64,000 nucleotides of DNA from contig OZ316893.1 of assembly GCA_973895155.1 (NCBI GenBank), positions 5,346,171 to 5,410,170 of the forward strand. The letters are read 5' to 3'. A program made the position numbers and the translations under genes. The notes beneath the pieces were generated by a model. The model made no database searches. It was not told the origin of the DNA and was given only the letters and a program-made list of their open reading frames with translations. Origin of the DNA: Marsupella aquatica. Its lineage: Eukaryota > Plantae > Marchantiophyta. Below are positions 34,498-46,771 of this stretch, in pieces (position 1 is the stretch's first letter; every line of letters begins with the position of its first letter).

Positions 34498-36849
34498 CAA
34501 AAACCTTGTAAGCTTTGCAATATAGTGTTGAGGCATGTTACATTATAACTGTGAATTATCTTGGGTATGTATGTCAGTTGTTGTGTTTATATTCAATAAC
34601 CGGTGCGTTGCTCATAGAAATTAGAGACTCAAGATAGCGACCAGTGCATCATAGAGTCCAAGCACAACTAAGTGACATTGTTTCTAAATTTTAATTAATT
34701 TTAACAGGAATTTTAATCTAGGGCAGTTCCGGGCAGGCTAAAGCGTAATTTAAGACATTTATTTTAGATGGTGTATATGGATAGATCCGACGATGTCCAA
34801 AAACAATATTTAGAGGATGGGTTTCTGCCTTTGCATGAGTTTATTTCTGACTGAAATAATTCTTTTTGAGATTTTTGAAGGAAAATAAGAAAACAAAGTG
34901 CGCACATTCTTCACAGTTTTTTGCACTCATTTTAATTGTAGAGGTGTACTACAATTCTTAATTTTCCATCTACTTCATTTAAAATGCATAGGCTTTTAAC
35001 ACCTAATGATTGAGTAACTCTATTAAACAAATATTTATACCAAAAAGTTGTTGGTGTACTTACTTGTCCCTTAGATGTCTCCTCATAATTACTACCATCT
35101 GGTACCCTATTGTCTCATTTGCTTTGGTGTACACTTATTTCTAGTTGATCAAAGGCTAGAATTGAACCTAACATAAATCCAATGGTCAAACATTGTTCCC
35201 ACCAAAATTGTAGATTGACGTCTTTGGCAGGCTTCTATATTATAGTTGACTATAAGCCACAATGATATCTGGACTAATTAAGGAGGCTGAGCGTGTGAAT
35301 AGGGAACACAACACTGGTCCACACATAGTGCCAATGCACCCAACTACTGTTGGGTTGACAGATTTGGCATGAGTTTCATGGAGTGGACTCGCATGTGCTT
35401 GCAATGCACTACTTGTTTAAGTAAATGATTTATAGTGCGTTGTTAGACTTCTCAGGCCTGTTCTCAGGGTGGACACAAGTAGATAAGGTTAATATGATGT
35501 AGACCAAAATTGTAGCCTCAAGCACCTAAACCCTCAAGGGTAGTGCAATTCTGGAATATAAGTAAACAAGAATAAATTGACTTGGTTTGCTTTCAATGAG
35601 TTTTAAGTCATTATGTTTGATTTGTGCATTGAACAAAGGAAGTTCTTACAAAACTTAGACCTTTGGGTTTAAACCTAACACATGGCCTTGGCACACTTAA
35701 CTCTTAGTTAATAGTCTATTGCTTAGCACAAAAGATCCACAATCCAATCTGACACCCTTTAGCAGCAAAACCTACCTAGAAACGTACATCAAAATGTCAA
35801 AATTGCCTCAATGCCCTGAAGAGCACTTTGGCCTTCCAAGTAAAAAATGTAATCGCAGCACACAACACATCTTGATGCCCATTCCAACTCTTTGGAACCC
35901 AGATTAAACCCTTAATGCCAACACAAAACACTCACTTTTGGCACTCGTGAAAATGGTTGGCACCCGGAGTAAAAATAATAATTTGATTACGGCACAGATC
36001 AACTTGCAGGGAACGACTATGAACCATTGAAATATCAACACAAGCCACTTGATCCCGGGGGTGGGGGTGGGGGCAAGGTGGCGAGAGTCACTTCCACATC
36101 AGTGGCATATCATTTGCAATGAAGTTTTAAATGGTTCTGACATAAGACTTACTAGCCCCGATTACTCGTTCTTTGAACATGAATAGCGGGGAGGACAATA
36201 AAAATGTCACCAAAATATATTCCTTATTCACATATTTTGAAGGTTAATGAAATGATAAAAAAATTATCATGCATATCATCATTTTAATAATCAGATATAA
36301 CATATCATAGTACTTTTTTCTATGCACATCCCTAGTTTTTCTATCCTACATCACACTTATGCACATATAATATGGTGGGGCCATAGAGATCAGTTTTTAA
36401 TATAAATAGAAATCATAACAAAAAGCAGTCATGATTATCATTTCATGACATACATCATAGACATTAGTTTTCTCATCATTCTACATGATGAGTCATGGAG
36501 TTACGGTCTAGAGGCTTCACTCTAATAGCCTAGGCCCCAACTCTAGCTTGTAGTTGCAGATTTATAAGTAAGATATATTAAATGTCAACAAAAATATATG
36601 ATTGTTGAATTGCAAAATGCATACATGTCATCACGTGATCAATTGGTATCATACAACTTCCTATAAATGACTTAGGACGGTCATAAATCAGTTACCCAAA
36701 CCTTTGCACATGATGTATGGCCCTTGATATAGTGACTCCCCTATTCTCACCATTAGCACCCATGCAATTAATATGTGGAACTAGCAAAAATCTGAGTCTA
36801 GCAATTGTAATACTGACCAACATTGTTCACCTTTGATCTTGCCTTTGGA

Positions 36850-37600
36850 TTTGCCAACAATACAAGCATACTATAATGACTATCTCTTACCATCCTTGTT
36901 GAATTATTAGTGGTTCATCATATACCAAACCAATATCATTTGAAAACTTATCGTGATAGCCATAAATGAATGAAGAAATGTTTTTTTGATGATTTCCCTT
37001 CTCTAGCATTCTGTGTCTTCTCTAATGATGTATTTGTGCCACTATACTTCCCAAGTTGTATGTAAAATAATTTATCAATTTTGCACAACAATCTGTGAAT
37101 GGAACCTAGACTTGTGTTAGTTCCTATTCCTAGCCTTTGCGATATGTGAGGTAAACAATATATTGCAAACCGTACATATACTCCTTAACCTTGAAAAAGC
37201 CCAACCTATTTGAAGAGTCTGTAGGCCACCTCCTGTCCAAAAAATTAGGCTCATTAATGATAGTCACTTTTGCCAAAGCATCCTCCAAGATCTTTTCCCC
37301 TGGTGATGACCATCGTTGCATCAGATTTTCAACATAAGTTTTGAAGAAATTAAGGGTCATTGCATGTATGATGTCATAAACCAAATCATTATCAAGTTAT
37401 AAGCATGAATCAAAAGTGTTATCTAGTCTTTGATTTTCTTATGAGAGAGATGATGAAGGGCCCTAGATGTGTAGTGCACAAAGTATTCTGCAATAGTATT
37501 TTGTGTGGCAATTAAACCTGTGTTTGCTGGCATATGTTAGGGTATGTAACCATTGTCACAATTGACCATTGTGCCTCTTGGTCCTTTAGGAGGTCTGTTG
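36850..37600 (-). mobile_element. Decayed DNA-transposon transposase fragment, CACTA-like
   Basis: VYDIIHAMTLNFFKTYV...RRWP...RLGFFKVKEY resembles the D.MH...L and G..KA.E motifs of CACTA-type transposases. Broken by stops. Confidence 0.45.
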
Positions 37601-38983
37601 GGATGTTTTTGTTCTCGAGGGTCTCACTATATGGAGGGCTCCCCATCACCCGCGACGTTCTTAGGTCTCGGACCCCCTAAAATATAATAATTTTTTTCAA
37701 CCCCTATAAAGTTAGAATATTCCAAAATTGTTGAGAAGGACCTAGGTATTATTCTTATAAGTCTCAAAATTGGATTTAAAAGACCCTATTGTTCTTCTGC
37801 AAATTTTTTTAAGTCTTCCCTTTGAACCAATAAAATGACCATATCCTTCGTCGCACAAGATGTGTCATTTTTGTGGAAGTGAAATCTCCAAGTTTTTTCC
37901 AAGTCCCTTTCATGCAACACCTTCTACATGCCAAGTGAAATAGCTCTTCCTTGAAACGGATTTTTTTAATAAATTTTAATACCATGAAACCCCACGGATA
38001 GGGGGGACAACCAGAACCACAGACCAAAAAGGGATAGTAAAAATCACAACACGGGACATTGCCCAACCGGCCCCCGCCGCCCCGAGCGCCGCCCAATTAT
38101 TAGGCGAGCAAGGGCACAAAGAATACCTACCAAGCCCATACCATGACCCTACCAGGTGTATCAATACTCTCAACCTGAAAAGCCTCAAACATCATGTGTG
38201 ATATAACACCTCTGATCGGACCTAAACCACTTCCTACAATGAACATCGATCCACTCCCTGGCTTGAGTCAGCCGCGAGAGTTTCCTGCCAACTGGAAGCC
38301 TACAACTGACCGCCAACAAGTGCACCGCTGTCTCTGAGAGAACCAATCCAAAATCAAATGTACGACGGCCACCCGATTGAAACATGTGAACATTGCTGGC
38401 CGTCCAAAGCAACCACAACATCTGGTACAACACAAAAATCTTCACCGAGTGAACAATAGACTATTAACTAAGAGTGAAAGATTTTGTGAATCCTGCAATT
38501 ATAAGGCTGAAATAAATATAAAGTCAATCATGTGTTTAGTCCCTATATATTATGGCCAGCGAGTACCAAGGTAAGTAATTATTTGTACTTACCTTGGTTT
38601 TGTTTTTGGTCATCTTTTTTGTTTGGGCAATTTTCTCTTGGGCAGGAGCAATGTTTTGCTTCCTCTTTGATAGTCTATGTTGACTTGTTTCCGTCTCTGC
38701 GGTTGCCGTTGCCTGCTCTCCTTCCTTTGGAACCTGTAATTGCAAAGGTTATTGGATGTTTAAATCAAATAAGTATTGTTGCACATAAAATACATTTACC
38801 ACTATGTCTACTATGGAATGTTCCTCTTGGGCCTACTGAAAAGACGATTACCTCAGGCGCGGGCTTCTTTGGTTGTACCAATTTCTTGGTTCTTGTTGAT
38901 GTCCTCTTAGATTGGTCGAGTTTAGGTCCTTCATTGGATTCAAGAACCTAAAATGCAGTATTCACGTGCAAGCACATTCAAAC

Positions 38984-39103
38984 ATTAAGTATACATGAAC
39001 ATCATGGTATGCAACCCCAACATAATGTCATACTCTTGAACAAAAATTAAGTATACATGAATATCATGGTAAGCAACCCCAACATAATGTCATACTCTTG
39101 AAC
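38984..39103. repeat. Tandem duplication of ~62 bp
   Basis: ATTAAGTATACATGAA..ATCATGGTA.GCAACCCCAACATAATGTCATACTCTTGAAC at 38984 and 39046. Confidence 0.9.
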
Positions 39104-40295
39104 TTGTAGTGTTGATAAAAGAGAAAACATTCTCCACACTGTTTACAGATGTTGAGAAGATCTTTGATCAGTACATGTTACCTAGTCAGCTTGCTGAGAA
39201 TCTGCAGGAAGGGTGGTACTGTCGTTCGGTGTGGGCAAATGTGGCTCTGCAAATTTCTTGGTTCTTTGTTGTTTTCTGCTTTGATTGGTTGGCTTTCGCT
39301 CCTTTATTGGGAGGAACCTAAAATGCAATACTCGGGCTAAGAGCACTAAACCATCGTGCATACATTGATATCATGGTATACAAATGGGGTACTTACATTG
39401 GAAGTGCAAATTTTACCTCATCGGCTTGCTGAGTGTCAACAAGAGGCCAGGCCTAACAGTATGTGGAGGCTACTTCTTGGGTTCTTTTGGCTTCCTGGGT
39501 TTCTTTCCTTTCTTCCCTGATTCTTTGGCTTGAGCTCTGTCATTCAAAGGAACCTGGAGTTTGGTAGACATTCTGGTCAATGTTTTCAAACTCTGTAGAT
39601 TCAGAAAAAAAATGATTGGCAAAAGGGAAGAGGAACTATACCTTTGAATATTGCGTCTTCTTCGTCAAAGGACTCATGATACAGTTCTAATCCCCACTTG
39701 TCAGGGGTGGGCTTTTGCCCCTCCTCATCTCAGGTATCAACCCACACATTGTGAACTCCAGCCCGCAATATAAAAACTGGTGTAAAAATTATGCTTGAAG
39801 TATACACAAAAATACAAAGGCAAGCAAAATGAATGTGGTACATACCGCGTCCTATGCTTGTTCTTGTGACATGCCATCACCTTTGTAATTTTGCACACAA
39901 TTTTTACTAGCTATAGAAACTGACAAATGCTTCTACTCCTTCTTCCACTTCACATAGTCTAGATAAGCATTGTCAAAATCAATTTCTTTTGGTCCCAAGT
40001 CTTTCCACAACAAACTTTCCCTCTTCTTCCTCAAAAACTCCAAGGGGTTTGCAACAATGACTTCTCTACTCTCCTGACCTGTTGAAGGTTGGCCAGACTG
40101 GGCAACAACATTTCTCTTTGGAAAAAGTACTTATGTCAATACTTGACAATCGACTTGCAGAGCATGCAATTTTTGATCCATAGGCAACTGCTGCAATGCT
40201 CGGCCTAGTGATAGACAACATTGGTGATAGGAGCAGAGCTCACATGCTCCTCCAACATCTCAAAGAATTTTTTGTCTACCAAGCAACCCCAACCC

Positions 40296-41625
40296 TGTTG
40301 AGCATAGACGACACTCGTAACAATAAGCACATAACACATCCAACGTGCAAGTAGTCAACACAAGAGATACGTGGTTCACCTTCTTGAGGCTACGTCCACG
40401 GGAACTGTGGTAAGCGTTTTAGATGAAACTTGTATAAAATGTATCTTAGAAACTCGAATTCGTTCCCGTAGGGAATAAAGGAAATCGATTTATGATGGTA
40501 TTAAGGTCTTTGAGATCTATAGGAGTCTCTCTCCTTAATTACACAACTACTATGTATCACTCAAAATATTTATGATCAATCGTTTTAATATGGAAAATCT
40601 CAGACTATCGTTCCTTCTCAATAGAAGTTTGATTTTCGTTCCATTCCTAAATTCCTTATACTCAACAGAGATCGGCTTTACATTAGGAATTTCACTACAA
40701 TTCTCTAAACTCTAGATTTCAGAACTTTACTGATATTTTTCCATACAAAACCAAAGAAACGTTTTTCTCAAAATGTATTCATTCATTCCAAGGTTTGCAA
40801 GAAATGCACGAGGAAATCATGAATAACAGTAGAATTTGGGTGGTGCATTTTCTCATTTTTGCGATTCTTCCTCCTAAGCCCAACCTGGCATGAGGAAAAG
40901 ACCCATACTGGTCACAAATCATTTACAGAGAAAATGACAAGGCAATTTTGCCTGGGAGTTCAATTGTAATACTCCCTCACAGATCAAAGAGATCTGAAAA
41001 GGTTGCTAAACTACTTAAAAACTAACTATTGATGGAAGATCTGAAAAGGTGAGTAGTTTGAACTACTTTCCTAAGCTAAGATTCCTAATGATGGCTAAAC
41101 TACTTTAGCTAAACTAAATTCTATCTAATGAGCTCAATCTAGGAAAAGGGAGAGAAAAAATGGTTTAAGAGATGCTGAATCAGAATTCAACTTAAAACAC
41201 CTGAGCGATTCTTCAGATGTGAGAATGATTTGTCGAAATAGTTTGTTGGTTAAACTGATATTCTTATGTCCTTAACTCCTTCATCTTCTCTAAGTGACTT
41301 CATTTTGTCACTTAAAATGCTTCAAAATATTTAAAAAGTGTAGATTTAATACTCCTTAGAATACTTCCTCAAAAAAGGCTTTCCACAGGAACACACAAGA
41401 GAGCTTTACTGAACTCTAAGCCCGTCGGCTAAACCAAGTCTCCACTGTGTAAGCTCTCCTCATCTCTCAAGTGGCTCCGTAACAATGAGCCTAAGTTCCA
41501 CTTATCCAAGCAAGCACCGCTTGGCATATAGTGTGCATCCTAGTTAACCTAACCACGTCTCCGACTACGGTTAGTCTAACTACGGCTACATGCTGTAACC
41601 CTAGACCTTGAGTAAATAACTAACA
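40296..41625 (-). mobile_element. Solo LTR (1330 bp) with 5-bp target-site duplication AACCC
   Basis: TGTTG...TAACA termini; AACCC at 40291-40295 and 41626-41630. Contains ACACAAGAGATACGTGGTTCACC..GGCTACGTCCAC, the reverse complement of the motif in the 17.6-kb LTR. No long ORF. Confidence 0.8.
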
Positions 41626-44600
41626 AACCCTTCTTCTCCTAGATTCGAATGTGGAACACCTTAATCAGACAGACAAGGATCAATTTGGATGGGATAGATG
41701 ACTCACTCTTCCCCAAAGTTGAAACACAATAGTCTTCCTTGAGCTGATTCTTCTTTTGTTGCTTGGTCATCTGCCATCTCAGCTTTTCAATAGACCTCAA
41801 ACGAATCCATGATGCACCTTTCGTCTTCTTCCCACTGATGCTGCTCGATTTTGTGGTTTATTTGCGGGACGAGAGATGGTGAGTCTTGAACTCAACCAAG
41901 GCAGGCACTTGTTGATCTCCCTGAATCACTCTGCACTCACTCCAAATTGTCCGACAGGTAGTCTCGATTCATTTCGGAGTCTCCCTTCACCAGCCCGACA
42001 GGCCTTCGATCCGTCTACAAGCTGCCTGGTCTCCAATTTAGTCAAATCCCTAAAACAATCCTCCTCTCTTGATCACCATTCCTATCGGCCGCCACCTAAA
42101 ATCCTAAACCCTCGCCAAAGAGAAGGCATACATGTGCAAATGATCGTGCCCTCATCCCTAACAATGAACTAGCAAAGCAGATGCAACCTAGAATCGCGAC
42201 GTGTCATTGCATGTGTAGAGTGAATACATTGACCATGTTGTATTCTTCCGATTGTTCTAGATTGCGGCTATTGTAGTTTTGAATACAATAGTCATATTGT
42301 ATTCACAAAAACTAGGAAGCCATGGTGCTGCGGCGCTCAATTGCGGCCAGGGCTATGACGCTTGTGGACAGCGACGTTATCGATGGCCTACTACACATGA
42401 CCAATTCAACCACGGTGTCCACATGGTATGAAGTGGACCTGAACTGTGTGGTAAGGTGTTTTAGAAGAACATGCTTGTACAGAGTGGGCCCGAAGGTCCA
42501 TTGGGAGAAAATCTAAACATTGAGGTCCACTGGGAGGGCGTGTGCAACTTTTGGTCCATTAAAAGAAAAAGTTGCATTTGGAGGTCCACTAAGTATATAT
42601 CTCCACTTCTTGACCTCGACCGCTTGTTTAATTAATTTTAATGCATCATTCATAATTATTCAAAATCTGAAGCCAGGCCATCCCAATAAAAAACTTGTGC
42701 ATCCATGATATAGCCTTTAAATTGACAAAATGAATAATACATTCTATTAACAACTTATCAAAGACCAATCGATACTCCATTGCAAGCTAATATTGACAGC
42801 TCTGATATGTGACAAAAATGCAATGTCAACCTTGTAAACAAACACATAATGCAAATTCATTCTGAATTAGATTAAAAGAAATACAGTGAAGGCAACAAGA
42901 GACCACAATCAATCTTTTAACTTGGAAGAAAATAATGTTTTTGTAAAAGAAGATTTGGACTTTGATAACAATGAATTTAAAATACTTCATGTCAACTACA
43001 ATAGACCTGCAGCAAGAAAATAAATCAGTTTGTGGACCCATTGGAGGACCCCTAGTGATGACTTGTTTTGAACAATGAACATTATATATACATAAAAATG
43101 CAAACCGCTAACAATGGCCATGGCAAAGCTTTTCTCCAACATATACATCGAAAATATTTGTCATTGCATTTAAAAATAAAAATAAATACAGTAGGAAAGT
43201 ATTGCTCAAGGCTCTTTCACCTGCAACGTAGAAAGTGATCTAGTAGTGATCTACTGTACTTAGCACCAATAATAAAGAATAAAACATGCACTTATCTATT
43301 AGCCAAATTTGATGGGATTATCCGCTTACCCAAAGGTGTCCAAGTACACCTATCGAGGGTTTGACTTATAGATTCGTCGTTAGCCAACAAAATTGAGGCG
43401 TATTTGTATGTTTGTATTTACCCAAGGTGCCAAACAAGTGCGCACTCCATTTTATAAAAGGAGCATGATGTCTTGCAGTTATAAAAAAGCTGCACTTATC
43501 GAGAGACAGTATAGTCCCAGCTCCGCAATTCGAACGACACATAAACCTCGCCCCATCCAGATGAGATTGCGGGCCCGACTCGATGACGTGTCGCTGTGAG
43601 CTCGCGACGCGACAGTCTCCGTGGGTACCGGAAGTTTCTGTGGCCGAGAGCCCTGTCCCGTCCCGTCCGTGAAACTCCCCTTCCGTCCCTCCCCCATGTT
43701 ACCCTCCGGAACCTGCGCTACCTCAATAACTAATTTCCATAACTGATTACAGTAAATAAAAAAAAATAATCGACCGCGCGGATCGCCTGCCTGGGATCTC
43801 GTGCCACAGCGCCCGTTAGATCCTGATTTAGTGAAGGACTTTTAGGTCCGAGGGCCCCCATTGTGGACCGTCCCCCTAGACTGTTCTCACTCTTCTTTCT
43901 TCGTCGTCCAGGAAGAAAACATGAATTACGCGTCTTCAAGGGAAGAATGGAGGAAAGAGGAGAGGCAGCGTTTTGGACGTCAACACGAAGCGAAGTGGAA
44001 CATGAGAGATCGTTTCATCGCCGATCGTCGAGCTTGCAATTGAGGATCTCTAGTTGTTTGTTGCCGGAAGGCGGATTGTGGGGCAAAGTTTAAAACGCGA
44101 AGAAGAAGTGGAAGAGGCGCATTTTCTGTATCGATTGACTGCTGGGCTTTGAGCCAGCGTTAGAGAAATTTCATGATTTATTTTGCGGAAGGGAGGGAGC
44201 AATTTGTGGAACGAGAGGAAGAATTGGACGAGGAAACGTTCAAATCGATTCTACTCCTATCGTTGAGCTAGTCCTAGGAGAGGAGGAAGGTCGGAATCGG
44301 ACTGATTGGTGGTGCGAAAAGTGACATTTGCGCTTCATACTTCATTTCTGGGAGATGTGGTGACGGACTGAGCTCTGTGTCTGGTTTGGCATCAGAAAGA
44401 GGAGCGACGCTGTGGGATTTCCTTTCGATATTGAGTTTGGCAAGGAATTGTAGCGGGCTGTTAGCAATTCTGAGAAAGCGGTCCCTGTAGTACTATTAGT
44501 GGGAATGATCGCTTAAGAGCTGATCATCTGACGGAAAATATTTGGTAGTGTTGTCTGGAATTTTGAAGAGCACAACTGTAGTCCAGCAATTGCGACCTTA

Positions 44601-44662
44601 GGACTCGAAGCGGAATTGTGCTAATAAATCGTCCGACATTTCAGTTAACACCAGAGTAAAAG

Positions 44663-46376
44663 ATGACCATACTGACGTCACCAGTGGTGATAGGAAGGGC
44701 GGCCACCTTTTCGCTAGGTCTCATTCAAGCGTGCACCATAATCTACACCTGTGCCACAGATGGCTCTCCTTTTCGAAAGGAACTGCTAACTCCATGGATG
44801 GGCGCAACCCTCATCGACTTCTACATTCTCATCGCATTGTTAACGGTAAGCATCCAGTCCCAAGTTTGACATTGGGGTACAGTGCGGACTTTTCAATGAA
44901 ATAATGCAATTGTCCTCGTCTTGAAGCCGGTGCCGTTGAATTGGTTTTTGTCAGGATTTCCCACTAGAATGAGTCTATGGATGTTTCTACTTAAGTGATA
45001 CATTCCCACGGTGATATACTCCCAATGCTTACTGTGGGTCCTGCAGGTTAGAAATGAGGGGATAGAACGGGGTTTAGGGTAACTTTGTGAATGTAGGGTA
45101 TTGTATGAAGAGCTGTACTGTAAAGTGTTGAAGATAAGAATATGCGTTCATGGTGGACCGAGGTTCCCAGTCATTGGAATTCCCGCGTCGGGCTTTTGTC
45201 TTGCACATATTATTTTGTAGATGTCTTATCTATCTATGGGGGGCATCCTCCTCTTGGAGAGTCAGTTGTCGTCTTGTTATTATACTCACGAGTACTCTTT
45301 GTGAATCTTTCCTTTCTGTTTGCTTAATTCTTTTAGCCATCGAACAGCTTATTACATTTGGCAATGATGGCCTCGATCATCTACTTCATGCTTGTGATGC
45401 GATATTCTTGGAATGCCGTGTTTCAACGAGAGATAGACTGCGATATTGTCGAAGTCGGAGATTGTATGTAGAAACCTTCATTACAGTTTCCTTGGTGGTC
45501 TAATTTTGTACTGTTTGTGAGCTTAGGGCTGGGTTTGGTATAAGGAGTCAACCTGGACGAGAAGACTCATATGGACGGTTCTGCTCATCTCCTTCGGAAG
45601 GTAGAATTTGTGTGACGACTTAACCTTTGCATCAACTTACACTGAATTCTTTTCAATTTGGTGGCATCGGGGCACTGACGGCCACGGCGAGGAACGAGAT
45701 CTACTCAGCGATGCTTATCGGGTTATTGTCATATTTTAGTCCTCTCGGATCTTAGCTCGGACTTGTTAAAGCGAATTGCATAAACCACGGGTCTAGGGAT
45801 TCCGTCTGGAGAAGCAATGTTAGGATTTGCTAGTTGACGTTGGGATCTTCTCGCATCTTGGAACATCGTTGCCCAATGTGTAGCTCTCTATCTGTGTAGG
45901 ATTTTCCTTACAGGCTTAGGCTAACAAATCAAGCCCTCTGAACGAATAAATGTCGCCCCAAATTGACCTACCTGATCGTTTTGGCTGTTGTCCTAATTAC
46001 GATCTTATGTCTAAGCGTCTGTCTAAGCGTATTTTCTAGTAACGGCGACCTTGTGTCAGTGCACTGCGAGTCATATTTCAATCATTTCGTTATCGTCGTG
46101 GTCATGTCAACTTGCGGATTGGTACCCATCCATTATGGTTTTGCAGTGTATCGGCTTCATGGTACGTAGCTATCGAGTTCTTCAAGCTCTCTTTGGATGA
46201 CCCAATTCATCTCGTGCTTTTGAAGGATCGTCATACAAGGTGCATACACTTTACTTCCCTGTGTTTGTTTCCAAATTGCAGGCCCTTGACCAGTATAGTT
46301 TCCAGTTCTGTCTGGTGATTTCTCTGGAGAAACTCGACCTGAGCATTGATATTGTTGTGGCAGGAAAGGTGGTTGA
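44663..46376 (+). CDS. DUF1475-family membrane protein, single-repeat form (exons 44663-44845, 45527-45600, 46147-46239, 46364-46376; ~120 aa)
   Basis: IYTCATDGSPFRKELLTPWMGATLIDFYI, WVWYKESTW..RLIW.VLLISFGS and YVAIEFFKL...DPIHLVLL match DUF1475. All GT-AG junctions are in phase. Confidence 0.88.
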
Positions 46377-46771
46377 GCTCCAACCTACTGGACCCGTCAT
46401 ACTTCACTATCTCTGATACTGAAGGAGGCCCACAATAAATTACTTTCAGCCAACACGTTGAACTTTTGAGCCCAACAAAAGTGCGGCTTGACCGAGTCTC
46501 TCGAAAATCACAGAGATTAATGTGTGGAGTTGAATTGACAAATTTATGTAACGGGTAGTTGCCATAGATACTTGCTGGCTCTATGGCGGGCTACACTTAT
46601 TTACACTAGCAAAGGGACTCTGTTATGTATGGAGGTGAGTTCGCCCTTCACCTACTTCGTTGTCGTGTAGGATTAAGGGAACAGAAGCAAAGGGGCACCT
46701 CCGAATGATTTACTCTTGAATGTACAGTAAATAACTCATGTACAGTAAATAACTCATCGACGTAGTATAGA

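Noticed and set aside
43921-44043. 40-codon ORF upstream of DUF1475 as a conserved uORF
   Set aside because: The TSS is unknown and there is no homology evidence.
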